64,000 nucleotides of DNA from Candidatus Bathyarchaeota archaeon (GTDB lineage: Archaea; Thermoproteota; Bathyarchaeia; Bathyarchaeales; Bathycorpusculaceae), in the NCBI GenBank assembly GCA_963717465.1, contig OY970340.1:2528001-2592000 (forward strand). The letters are read 5' to 3'. Below, piece by piece: positions 22,215-31,839 of this stretch. Every line of letters starts with the position of its first letter. Position 1 is the first letter of the stretch. The notes beneath the pieces are model-generated. The model did not search any database, was not told the origin of the DNA, and saw nothing but the letters and a program-made list of their open reading frames with translations. The translations under genes and the position numbers were made by a program.

Positions 22215-24749
22215 TTACAGTTTGCGCACTTCTACAAGCGCGTTTGTTGCTTCCTGCCCAGCAGCAGCAATCTGCAGGTTGGCATTGTTTAACACGTTGG
22301 AGCATCCACTATGGTCAACTCCGTGTGAATCGGGCGACCATTTAGAGTGAGAGTACATGAAGATCGACCCAGGGGTCTGCCTTGAGGTTACATATGCCGG
22401 TAACATTGTCGAGCCTCTATCATTATACACTTCGACTATATTACCATCCACAATGCCCCTTACCTTTGCGTCGGCCGGATTTATCCACACAGAATGCCTG
22501 TACACCATTCCTTCGAGCATGTGATTCTGCAGCCCTTTGCTCGCAGCAGTGAATCTGGCATGGCTATCCCTCATGACGAGCGGGTATTTTACAGCTTTGG
22601 GGTCACTATAGCCCTCTTCAGGAGGCTCATAAATAGCCATAGGAGAAATCTTGGCGCCTATTCCATAGAGCCCATATCCCTGAATCTTCGAAGCGTCAAA
22701 TGTTTCCAATTCAGCGTCATAGAATTCGATAAGGCCTGACTTTGTTTGGAATGATTGAATTCCCTCCATCTGCGAACTATAAGGAAGATATTGTGGATAC
22801 TTCAAATCGATGCGAATAATCGGATTAGCTTGCAATTGATCCCAAGAAGGAGGATTCGGAAGTACATCTTTGTCAACATCAACAGCCCAAGTCTCGTAGT
22901 TTTGCTTTAGTAAATTCTGCATTGCAGCATCCCATTTATCGTGAGCTACGTTCTGAAAGCCTGGAAGATATTTGGCAGCAAACTCTTCACCTACACCCAA
23001 TCTATTTGCCAGTTGCAATCTCACCCAATTAAAATCCCTTACTTCTCCTGGCGACTCAATTAAGCGTCTGTTATAGATCCAGCCACGCTCCTCAAAGAAA
23101 AAGTGCGAAGTATTCTCGAAGTCTTCGGCCATCGGCAATACAAGGTCTGCCAACTGACGCCAACCTTCCATGTGGCGGGCACCAGTTACAAAGAAATCCA
23201 GTGCTTTGACAACTTTTATCGCTTTGTTTACATCAACCATATTTGGACCCGGGTGGCGTGAACCTGCTTGCCATAACATGTGAATGTTTGGCGCTGGGTT
23301 ATCGATATTATTACCAATAGCGCGATAGTATTCTTCTTTGGTCAATTTTCCATTCTGGTAGTCGTCTCTCAATAGTATCGCATCGTACAGTCCAATTTCA
23401 GAGTGTTGCGTTGGAGCCCCAAAGTCTACCCAGCCTTCTTCTTGGATGCCGTAAGCTCCAGGTTGATCTGGAAAGGGCAAGGGGAACCATTGAGACTGAG
23501 AAAGGCCGCCTCCTCCAGAAGATCCTCCAGAGACTCCGATATTCCCAGTCATAGCTTGCAGGTAAATCGCAGCTCGAGCTGGGTTCCATCCTCTCGCTTG
23601 TCTTTGGCCACCAAGCCCAAAAAGTAAGCAAGCGGGCTTACTACTCGCATACAACCTTGCAAATGCTCTGATTGTTTCTGCTGGCACTCCACAGATTTGG
23701 GCAGCCCATTCTGGGGTTCTATCTATTGCACCATCCGGTCCAACTGTCTTTCCAAGGATATAGTCCTTCCATTTTTGGAATCCTGTTGGCTCAACGAACT
23801 TTGATACGTACTCAATATTGTATAGTTTTTCCTTGAATAGGACGTTGGCGATGGCGAGCATCATTGTTATGTCGGTGCATGGTCTTATTGGGATCCATTG
23901 GTCTGCCCAGGTTGCACCAGCGTTAGTTAGCTTTATATCGATAGCTATAATTGGAATTCCTTTTTCTTTAGCTAATGAGAGCCAAAATAACCATGATTTA
24001 GAAACCAAAGCTGTAGAACCAGCTGTAGGATCTAAGGCCCACGTTACAATTAGCTTGGAATTAAGAAGGTCGCTGTAAATGGCGCCTGATTCAAATGGGT
24101 TGCCTAACACTTCTGCGTGTGCCAACATGTTGTTTGAAGAAGAAGAACATCCCCAGCCACCGTTACAAGCAATTCCGTACATCATAAGCCAGGGTTCGTT
24201 ATGGCCAGAACAAACTCCTCCAGTCTCGACTGAGTGGTCTCCATACTTGGCTTTGCACTTCTGGATCTGATCTACCAGGATGTCGATGGCTTCGTCCCAG
24301 GTAATCCTTACAAATTTTGGATTGTTAGGATCGGCTCTAGGTCCTGTCCTTTTCATCGGGTAAAGGATTCTGGTGGGGGACTTTAATTCCCAGGGAAGAA
24401 CCCAAGTGTGTCCCCAAGGGATTCCCCGAATTCGTCCTTTCTGCAGATCCTCTACGGGAAGATAGGCGTCTTCTCTAGCTATTGTTGGGTTCACTAGATC
24501 TTCTGGTATAACACCGACTGGAACTCCATCTTTGATGACAACTTGTGCGGCGCCAGAGCCGGTACCCATGAGTATCACATAATAGGATTTAGTCTCGCCG
24601 ACATGTGCTTCGACAAGTTGTTTGATGATTGCATCGGCCCTCGCTTCTACCTCGGGTGAGAGAGGTGGCACGTATGAGAGCGTCTGGGGATGGTCTGCTA
24701 CAGTCTGGGTTGCGGTCGTGGATTGTGCAATAATTTTCTTCTCAGTCAT
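22215..24749 (-). CDS. DMSO-reductase family molybdopterin oxidoreductase, catalytic subunit
   Basis: RILYPMKR, ITWDEA, WIPIRP.TD, TPEWAAQICGVP, ADLVLP, WINPADA..RGI..G..VEV.N.RG. Confidence 0.92.
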   Translation of the reverse strand: MTEKKIIAQSTTATQTVADHPQTLSYVPPLSPEVEARADAIIKQLVEAHVGETKSYYVILMGTGSGAAQVVIKDGVPVGVIPEDLVNPTIAREDAYLPVEDLQKGRIRGIPWGHTWVLPWELKSPTRILYPMKRTGPRADPNNPKFVRITWDEAIDILVDQIQKCKAKYGDHSVETGGVCSGHNEPWLMMYGIACNGGWGCSSSSNNMLAHAEVLGNPFESGAIYSDLLNSKLIVTWALDPTAGSTALVSKSWLFWLSLAKEKGIPIIAIDIKLTNAGATWADQWIPIRPCTDITMMLAIANVLFKEKLYNIEYVSKFVEPTGFQKWKDYILGKTVGPDGAIDRTPEWAAQICGVPAETIRAFARLYASSKPACLLFGLGGQRQARGWNPARAAIYLQAMTGNIGVSGGSSGGGGLSQSQWFPLPFPDQPGAYGIQEEGWVDFGAPTQHSEIGLYDAILLRDDYQNGKLTKEEYYRAIGNNIDNPAPNIHMLWQAGSRHPGPNMVDVNKAIKVVKALDFFVTGARHMEGWRQLADLVLPMAEDFENTSHFFFEERGWIYNRRLIESPGEVRDFNWVRLQLANRLGVGEEFAAKYLPGFQNVAHDKWDAAMQNLLKQNYETWAVDVDKDVLPNPPSWDQLQANPIIRIDLKYPQYLPYSSQMEGIQSFQTKSGLIEFYDAELETFDASKIQGYGLYGIGAKISPMAIYEPPEEGYSDPKAVKYPLVMRDSHARFTAASKGLQNHMLEGMVYRHSVWINPADAKVRGIVDGNIVEVYNDRGSTMLPAYVTSRQTPGSIFMYSHSKWSPDSHGVDHSGCSNVLNNANLQIAAAGQEATNALVEVRKL

Positions 24750-24762
24750 TATGACCCTCTTT

Positions 24763-25830
24763 TTACTTGAATTGGGATTTTATAGGAGGCATATTGACAG
24801 TCGTCACGATGCCAGGCGGTGCTTCAACCACGTTTGGAATGGCATTTACGCAAATGTTAGCATTGTAACCTGGAGAGACAACTGCATAGTTTTCCTTGGC
24901 AAAGCGAATGTCAATATCCAGTGGTGCATCACCTTCAACTACAACATGCCAGCCCGAATCAAAGTCACGGAACTTTAATGCTGGTTCAAGATCCCTTGTT
25001 ATGTACCAAGTAGGACGGAAGGTTATCAGAGGTTTCCCATTACGCATGCCATTGATTTCAAATCGCCATGCTCCCACTGTGCCAGCCTGAATTGTAGAAA
25101 CTCCGATTTTAACTGTTTTAACTGCAGCTGATACTGTTCCAGCTGATTTTATTTCATCAATGGGTACTGAGAATGCCTTTGCTAATTGCCGAAAAGATTG
25201 ACCAAATTGATAACTGAGGCTCTCGGCAACGCCGCTCAGATCCATGGTTTTGGGATCACTGCCAAACATCATATCCATCAGTTCTGGTGATGCACGAGTT
25301 GTCATGTCAGCAAACTCTTCAATTAGCAAGTGATCAAGCCTACGTTCCATAGTGATAATAGCAAGCGGGAAGACCTCTGTAATAAAACCGGGACTTGCAC
25401 CAGTGGCGTAGAGTGATGTTTTGCCACGAGCACAAGCATCCTCAATCTGGCGTCGTATATCCTGATCTATGCTTTCTGGGTCATGGTAATCTGTGTAAGT
25501 TGTGACGATATTTATTCCAGATTCTAAGAGCCGGCACATCTCATCAAGATCGGCCCCTCCGGTCATTGGCATGTATGAAACGCAATCAGGCTTGGCGGCG
25601 ATAATATCTTCAATGTTTCGGGTTGCGGTGATTCCTGTTGGTTCAACACCGCACAGTTCACCTGCATCACGTCCCTCCTTTTCCTCTGAGTACACATATA
25701 CGCCGACTAAGTCGTATTGCGGATGTTCAATTATGTATTTTAATGCGCGCATCCCTGTATGACCTGTTCCCCATTGTGCAACACGATAGCGAGTTTTGGA
25801 AATTTTTTTCATCTCAGACATAACAAACAC
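24763..25830 (-). CDS. Dihydrodipicolinate reductase-like / 2,4-diaminopentanoate (amine) dehydrogenase family protein
   Basis: RVAQWGTGHTG Rossmann motif, GRDAGEL.G, TGASPGF, VNAIPNVVEAPPGIVT. Confidence 0.8.
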   Translation of the reverse strand: MFVMSEMKKISKTRYRVAQWGTGHTGMRALKYIIEHPQYDLVGVYVYSEEKEGRDAGELCGVEPTGITATRNIEDIIAAKPDCVSYMPMTGGADLDEMCRLLESGINIVTTYTDYHDPESIDQDIRRQIEDACARGKTSLYATGASPGFITEVFPLAIITMERRLDHLLIEEFADMTTRASPELMDMMFGSDPKTMDLSGVAESLSYQFGQSFRQLAKAFSVPIDEIKSAGTVSAAVKTVKIGVSTIQAGTVGAWRFEINGMRNGKPLITFRPTWYITRDLEPALKFRDFDSGWHVVVEGDAPLDIDIRFAKENYAVVSPGYNANICVNAIPNVVEAPPGIVTTVNMPPIKSQFK

Positions 25831-26173
25831 CTATTATGTTGTTATTTTTGACTACTTACTTATAAAATGTTGCACTATACGGTATATTTAAAATAATCAC
25901 ACGAGTAGACCAATTTTAGGGCTTCCATATTGGTTTTCGAAATCCGAACAAATTCTTTTAGTTTAAATATCCATTAAAGTAATGGTAAATCCTAAGTGTA
26001 CGAGTTTTCAAAAAGAGCTTAATTTGAGGATAAAATGTGAAAATACCTGCATTTTAACTCTAAAAGAGCCTCGGGCTAGCTTCACACTCGCGTTTTACTC
26101 GCAAGATGCAATATGGAGTTTTCTTGTTACTCTGCAGTTAACTCGACTTTGGAAGGAAGCGTCTGCCGCGCGC

Positions 26174-26728
26174 TTATTTCCTGAGTTTCAACAGGTAACC
26201 TTTCTGCGCAGAAATATTCTCCAACATCGAATGCATGATTTTAGCTTTCTCCTTTAGCGGCATGCCTCTTGATTGATCTTTTGCCATGGTGAGAGCCTCC
26301 TGAAGTTCATCAACTTCTAATACTGTCGCTGCGATGCAGTAGTAACTCTTGGAACGTCCATCATCGAACTCCTGCAACATTTCCTCTAGAAAGTTCTCCC
26401 TCATTTTTTGATACTTCTCGAACTCTGGCAAGCCATGCTCAATAATAAAGGCAATGTTTTCTACAAGCTTTTGGTAGCAAACAAATGAGTCGCTTCTCTT
26501 GCTGAATTCTCTAAATTTTTTCCACCTAACACAAGTGTCTTTTTCATCACAAAACCCGCAAAAGCATACATGTTTCTTCTTGACAGCGCAATTATGGAAA
26601 GGGCATGCGACATTCATCCGGGATCCACTCTTGCATCCTCCACATTTGCTTTTAGTTTTTCTATGGTAAGCCGGACACAGCCTGCAAGATAAACCGCAAA
26701 TACCAACTTCAACATACTGTAAGCTCAT
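26174..26728 (-). CDS. DUF3795 family Cys-rich protein
   Basis: CGLSCRLCP...CGGC...C...C...CGFC...C. Confidence 0.75.
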   Translation of the reverse strand: MSLQYVEVGICGLSCRLCPAYHRKTKSKCGGCKSGSRMNVACPFHNCAVKKKHVCFCGFCDEKDTCVRWKKFREFSKRSDSFVCYQKLVENIAFIIEHGLPEFEKYQKMRENFLEEMLQEFDDGRSKSYYCIAATVLEVDELQEALTMAKDQSRGMPLKEKAKIMHSMLENISAQKGYLLKLRK

Positions 26729-26847
26729 TTTGACTCAGATGACTAGTTGATTCGTTGACAATAAGAATTATACCTAATTCGGAAATCGCTGAGGAAAAAA
26801 AGCTTATTTTTGACAATTTCTTAAAAATAGCTCAAATTGAGGTTAAT

Positions 26848-26924
26848 TGGAGCCTCGGGCGGGATTTGGACCCGCGACCATTACCTTACCAAGGTAACGC
26901 CCCACCGGGCTAGGCTACCGAGGC
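26848..26924 (-). tRNA. tRNA-Thr(GGT), copy 1, CCA encoded
   Basis: Reverse complement folds as a cloverleaf: GCCTCGG/CCGAGGC acceptor stem, TTACC-TTGGTAA-GGTAA anticodon arm, TCCA end. Confidence 0.93.
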
Positions 26925-27001
26925 AGCAAGGAAGGCAATTTTGTCAACTGGTTCACTCAAAGTTTATATGGTCTAAACGAGGTTATTTGGGAGTGCTGCT
27001 T

Positions 27002-27226
27002 ATGGTAGAAATTAAGGGTAGAAAGTTCACAGTGATATTGAGAGAGGAATCTGAAGGCGGCTACTCAGCGCAATGCATTGAGCTTCCAGGCGCAATTAGT
27101 GAAGGAGAAAACCGTAAAGAAGCTCTTGCTAACATTAAAGAGGCTATCGAAGGTTACTTGGAAGCTTTCCCTGAAGAAATCAATCAGCTTAAGAGGAAGA
27201 AAGAGCTGGTAGAAATAACTGTCTGA
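27002..27226 (+). CDS. hicB: HicB family antitoxin (short form)
   Basis: GGYSAQCIELPGAISEGENRKEALANIKEAIEGYLE; true start ATG 27002. Confidence 0.92.
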   Translation: MVEIKGRKFTVILREESEGGYSAQCIELPGAISEGENRKEALANIKEAIEGYLEAFPEEINQLKRKKELVEITV

Positions 27227-27230
27227 GAAA

Positions 27231-27440
27231 TTGCCGACAGTTTCTTGGCGAAAAGTCATCAGCGTGCTCACTAATCAGGGTTTCAAAGTTGTAGGTCAAA
27301 AAGGTAGTCATATTTTTCTGACTGATGGTAAATATAAGCTGACTGTTCCGCGGCATGACCCCATTAAGAAAGGCACGCTTTTAGCAATTATTCAGCAGGC
27401 AGGTTTAACAAGAGAGGAATTTCTTGAACTGATAAAGTAA
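27231..27440 (+). CDS. hicA: HicA family mRNA interferase toxin
   Basis: GF....QKGSH....TVPRH..IKKGTL.AI..QAGL; the frame is open upstream to CTG 27219 (SEKLP). Confidence 0.92.
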   Translation: MPTVSWRKVISVLTNQGFKVVGQKGSHIFLTDGKYKLTVPRHDPIKKGTLLAIIQQAGLTREEFLELIK

Positions 27441-27447
27441 TTCTGTT

Positions 27448-27524
27448 TGGAGCCTCGGGCGGGATTTGGACCCGCGACCATTACCTTACCAAGGTAACGC
27501 CCCACCGGGCTAGGCTACCGAGGC
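27448..27524 (-). tRNA. tRNA-Thr(GGT), copy 2, identical to copy 1
   Basis: Same sequence as 26848-26924, exactly 600 bp away. Confidence 0.93.
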
Positions 27525-27680
27525 AACCTTTGTGTTTCCCGTGAAAGAACAACGATTAGCAATAAAATGCTTACGGTTCAACTTCCTGAAGAAAATAACT
27601 GATTCTGATTAATGCCTAAAAATCTAGGAAAACTTCATATTAATACGGTCATACAAAGAATACGCTCTAAAAGCAGAATT

Positions 27681-27768
27681 GCAGGGGTCTCCAAGTCTGG
27701 TCAAAGGAGTAGGGCTTAGGACCCTATCGCGCAGGCGTTCGTGGGTTCAAATCCCACCCTCTGCACCA
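27681..27768 (+). tRNA. tRNA-Leu(TAG), CCA encoded
   Basis: GCAGGGG...TAGGG-CTTAGGA-CCCTA anticodon arm, long variable arm, GGTTCAAATCC, ACCA end. Confidence 0.95.
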
Positions 27769-27926
27769 TATATAAATAAAACAGCCTAGGGTTCTCACTG
27801 ACGATGATTTTTTTGTTTTGCTTGTTAGAGTTAACTTGCTCTTCATCATTCAGCCCACTGTGGGCTGCACAACTTATTTTGAGTTTGTCTAATCAAGATA
27901 AGCCGTTCAGTAATGTTTGAGCGTGG

Positions 27927-28913
27927 TCATTTTTTATCTAATGCTCCCTGGCAGCTTGACCCTGCTCCGGCGGTACACGCAAAACAGTGATTATCAAAAG
28001 TTATATCGCTGTTTTCAAGTTTTGATGCATTAAATTTACTAATCGATAGAGCTGCATTATTTTTGCCTTTTATGGGCATATTTAAAGCCTGATTAAAATC
28101 GCAATCGTATAGTTTGCCGTCATAGCCAACGCTCAAAGTTGTGCGGCACATCATTTTTTCGACAGTTAACGGGTTAAAGCTATCCTCTAGCAGCTTTAGG
28201 TATTTTTCATATTCGCCGCTTGCTTTAATTTGTGCTTTAAACCTATTAATCGGTGAATTGGTAATGGTTAGAAGCCTGTTAAAAACAACGTTGTGATCTT
28301 CTTTGAGCCTTTCAGTGTAGGCAGCTTGGAGGTCAGCTTGTTTTCCAGAAAGAAAAGCGCCCAAGGGATTATAAACCAAATCTAACTTTAAATCCTCGCT
28401 TTTGCCGTATCCCAAGCTATTAAGCATCTGCAAAGCTTTGATGCTTTTTTCATAAACACCTTTTCCTCTTTGGGCTTCTACATTTTCTTTACCGTAGCAG
28501 GGCATGGAGCAAATAAGGTGTACTTTGTTTTTTGCTAGGAATTTGGGCAGGTGTTCTTTGCCTTTTAAGAAATATACTGTTAGGTTGGACCGAACCATGA
28601 TTTCTTTTACGAGCGGTTTGGCCTTTTGAATTAGGTATTCAAAATCCTGGTTAAGCTCAGGTGCACCGCCTGTTATGTCTAAAGTTAAACCTTTGTTCGT
28701 TGCTAAGAAATGCAATATGTCGTCTATTGTTTTGCGCTGCATCACTTTTTTGCCTTCAGGCGAAGCGTCAATGTGACAGTGTTTGCAAGTTTGGTTGCAG
28801 AGATTTCCCATGTTTACCTGAAGAATTGTTAGTTTGCCTCTTTGTGTCAGGATTTTTTTATCCGGTTCTTTGAAGGTTGCATTTAAGACCTTATTGAAAG
28901 ATTTCATTTCCAA
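27927..28913 (-). CDS. arsS: ArsS-like radical SAM / Cys-rich domain protein (DUF3641)
   Basis: LQVNMGNLCNQTCKHCH, DITGGAPEL, LYDCDFN, HCFACTAGAGSSCQGAL. Confidence 0.85.
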   Translation of the reverse strand: MEMKSFNKVLNATFKEPDKKILTQRGKLTILQVNMGNLCNQTCKHCHIDASPEGKKVMQRKTIDDILHFLATNKGLTLDITGGAPELNQDFEYLIQKAKPLVKEIMVRSNLTVYFLKGKEHLPKFLAKNKVHLICSMPCYGKENVEAQRGKGVYEKSIKALQMLNSLGYGKSEDLKLDLVYNPLGAFLSGKQADLQAAYTERLKEDHNVVFNRLLTITNSPINRFKAQIKASGEYEKYLKLLEDSFNPLTVEKMMCRTTLSVGYDGKLYDCDFNQALNMPIKGKNNAALSISKFNASKLENSDITFDNHCFACTAGAGSSCQGALDKK

Positions 28914-29159
28914 ACATTCTGCCCTCTATTGGATTACTTAATAAACAGTGGGTAAAGTTTACGGTTATAAACTTAATGTTTAACAAAAATGAAAAAAATT
29001 AGCAATTGTACGATTGACGATTGACACGATTGAGGCAGCACCCACCACTATTAATCTCCAAATTATTTCGGAACTTTCTTCCAGTCACCCTTTTAAGCCA
29101 AAGACTGTTTACGCGTTGTCGGAAGCCAGAGCATCTTGAATGTGCAACTGACACCACAA

Positions 29160-29957
29160 TTGAAGAAAATCTACATTGAACCGACTAACCAGTGCAAGAT
29201 CAGAGCGTTATGCTGATATTCGGTTAGGAGCAACCTTGCCAGTGGTGCTCGGAAACCTCATAGCCTTTCACGATGCAGTCTACGAAACAGGCATTCCCAA
29301 GGATTGCTTTATCGATACCGAGACTAAACTTGGAATTGCATTTGTCGCAATGAAACGCAATATCGCTGATCTACCCGCCTTAATAGACATTGGACTTCGA
29401 TTCGGCGCAAAACAATTCCTAATGACAAACGTCTTGCCTTACACTAAGGACATGGTCGACGAAACACTGTACAACCAGGCACTATCCAACGAAACTAGCT
29501 TTATGAATATGAGTCTGCCGCGAATGGATGTTAACGAGGCTACTTACACTCCAATCATTCAGGCTGTACGCAAACTTAACGGTGCCTGGCCAAGCGGCAG
29601 TTCTGAAAACAAGATAAATAACTGCCCATTCATAACCAACGGGGCTGAACGATAAGATGGGATGGCAACATAAGCCCATGCTTACCTCTACTACATGAAC
29701 AAGTCAGTTACCGCAGCCACTCATCCAACAGGAGTGAACGTTTCTCACGCCCATGGAAAATCGGAAACATCATGGAACACAGCTTGAAGGATCTCTGGGA
29801 AACACCAGAGCACCTAGCATTTCGTAGGCGCGTGGAAAACTGGGACTTTGCACCATGCCTTGGCTACGGCGGCTGCAGCATGCAACAGAAAAACGAAGAG
29901 GACTGCTATGGTAATGGATTCCCAACCTGTGGCAACTGCCTGTGGGCCAAGGAGTAA
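29160..29957 (+). pseudogene. Radical SAM/SPASM protein remnant (internal deletion plus frameshifts)
   Basis: LKKIYIEPTNQC stops after the first Cys and joins a later region; SPASM pieces CPF, DGNISPC, IGNI...LKDLW, C....C...DC.....TC..CLWA lie in shifting frames. Confidence 0.75.
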
Positions 29958-30067
29958 TTCAATGCCCATAAATAACACAAAGCACAGACGCTGCACTAAA
30001 GGCAGGCTGCAAGGAACAGTAGCGAAAGCTAAGTGAGCGATGTTTTCATGCATAACATATTGTTTTG

Positions 30068-30818
30068 TTATCCGAATTTGCCGTTAATGTAATTGTATGT
30101 TAACTCGCTTTTAGGATTATTAAAAAGAGTCTTGGTCTCATTGTACTCAACCAGTTCACCTACATACATAAAAGCTGTATAATTGGAAACACGCGCAGCT
30201 TGCTGCAAATTGTGAGTCACAATAATAACTGTGTACTTCCCTTTGAGTTCTCCAACAAGAGATTCAATACGTGATGTCGGCCGGATCCAAAGCACTACAC
30301 GGTTCATCCATCAAAATCACTTCAGGCTCAACTGCCAAGGCGCGCGCAATACAAAGTCGTTGCTGCTGTCCACCAGAAAGAGAAAACGCGCTCTCATTAA
30401 GGCGATCCTTAACTTCATCCCACAATGCGGCTCCCCGAAGGCTTTTCTCTACAGCCTCATTGAGTTTGCCTCCTTTAGCGGTATTATGGATGCGTGGACC
30501 ATAGGCGACATTGTCGAAAATGCTTTTTGGAAAGGGGTTAGGCTTCTGAAATACCATGCCAATCCTACGTCTCAAATCATAAACGTTACTGCCATCATCA
30601 TAGATGTTTTGGCCATCAAAAATTATCTCGCCTGACGTTCGGCAACCAGTGATAAGATCGTTCATTCTATTGATGGAGCGTATAAGGGTGGATTTGCCGC
30701 ATCCTGAGGGACCCATAATCGCCGTTACAGCTTTCTCTTTAACGTCAAAATCTACATCTTTCAAAACGTGATTACTCTTGAACCAAAGGTTGAATTTTTT
30801 TGTTTGAACGTTTCCCAA
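30068..30818 (-). CDS. pstB: Phosphate ABC transporter ATPase PstB, frameshifted near 30280
   Basis: [55 protein letters not shown]; continues in another frame with TSRIE...[12 protein letters not shown]...YINGKFG. Confidence 0.93.
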
Positions 30819-31033
30819 ACTTTTTCTCCCCTGCCATAAAGAGGCTCGGCCGATGTTAGGCACTCAAGGATTGCTTTCTGTGACAAAAAAAGGCTCTCTA
30901 ATGTAAATATTGGTTTCCACAATAGGCGTCATAGAATATAATTTGATATATAATCTCTTTAGACAAGGGTTTTATTACATAATTCAATAGGGCAAATATA
31001 CTTGTCTATCAAGTTTTAAGAGAAGGGCTTGGG

Positions 31034-31240
31034 TTGTGGCAAGATAACCAGGACACTGAAAGACGAAAAACCCAGTTTACAGGCGGCTTGGAAAGGGAGG
31101 AAGGGATATCGTCCAAAATGGACATTGATGACAACGCCAACCTAAGGTTAATTATTGAAAGCATAAGAAAAACAGCTGAATGCGCTGCAGATACCGCCGA
31201 GATAGGGCCTAATTTAACTGTCAATATAATTCTTGTGTGA
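31034..31240 (+). pseudogene. Internally deleted AbrB-PhoU regulator remnant
   Basis: RKTQFTGG joined directly to LRLIIESIRKTAECAADTAE, matching both ends of the PhoU at 52050. Confidence 0.8.
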
Positions 31241-31246
31241 AAAAAA

Positions 31247-31819
31247 ATGGCCGAACAAAAAGTTAATTTTTTTGCCACTTTTTATATTAGGCTAAAAAAT
31301 TTTCTCACTAATAGAAAATTCATCACCGATGTAGTTGTTAGATTGGTCATAACTTTTGGAGTTATACTGATTATCGGAGGACTTTACACACTCTTAATGC
31401 TGACAAACCAAGTTTCTCAATCAAGTTCTGCGATTGATTCAGTCCTAACGGTGATATGGTGGATTCCTGGAATCCCTTTATTCTTGGCCGACGTTTACGA
31501 CACTACCGTTACAACCATCGGGATAATTTCTTTCGTTTTGGGGATTGACCTATTTCTTGTTGGATTAGGGCTTTGGGTAAGACACCCTCTTGCACGTTTG
31601 ACTGCAATAATAATATTTGGTCTTGGTGCCTTTTTTCAACTTGTTGAATTTTTCTATATTGGTTATATGGGTATTCCCAGCTATTCTACTCCGACTATTT
31701 TTGCACTAATTGTGGAAGTGATTTTGCTTTATTTTTTACTTTCCAGATTTGACTCGAAAAATCGTTTAAAAGATGAAAAACTCGCTAATTTAGAGAAAAG
31801 TAAACCCTCATATGCTTAA
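31247..31819 (+). CDS. Four-TM membrane protein
   Basis: Hydrophobic helices; LFLVGLGLWVRHPLAR motif. Confidence 0.7.
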   Translation: MAEQKVNFFATFYIRLKNFLTNRKFITDVVVRLVITFGVILIIGGLYTLLMLTNQVSQSSSAIDSVLTVIWWIPGIPLFLADVYDTTVTTIGIISFVLGIDLFLVGLGLWVRHPLARLTAIIIFGLGAFFQLVEFFYIGYMGIPSYSTPTIFALIVEVILLYFLLSRFDSKNRLKDEKLANLEKSKPSYA

Positions 31820-31839
31820 AGATCAACGTTTACTTCGAT

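Larger units (their letters stand above)
26847..27525. repeat. 79-bp perfect direct repeat (26847-26925 and 27447-27525) flanking hicBA
   Basis: Direct sequence comparison. Confidence 0.95.

Noticed and set aside
26837..27001. N-terminal extension of the 129-aa HicB ORF
   Set aside because: It is the antisense reading of tRNA-Thr; the HicB domain starts at ATG 27002
26847..27525. CRISPR array or integrase-encoding provirus
   Set aside because: Only two repeats, both full tRNA genes; no spacers, cas genes or integrase
27927..28913. Selenocysteine read-through in the ArsS-like gene
   Set aside because: The ORF is continuous with Cys at the motif positions; the only in-frame TGA is the terminal stop after a complete C-terminus
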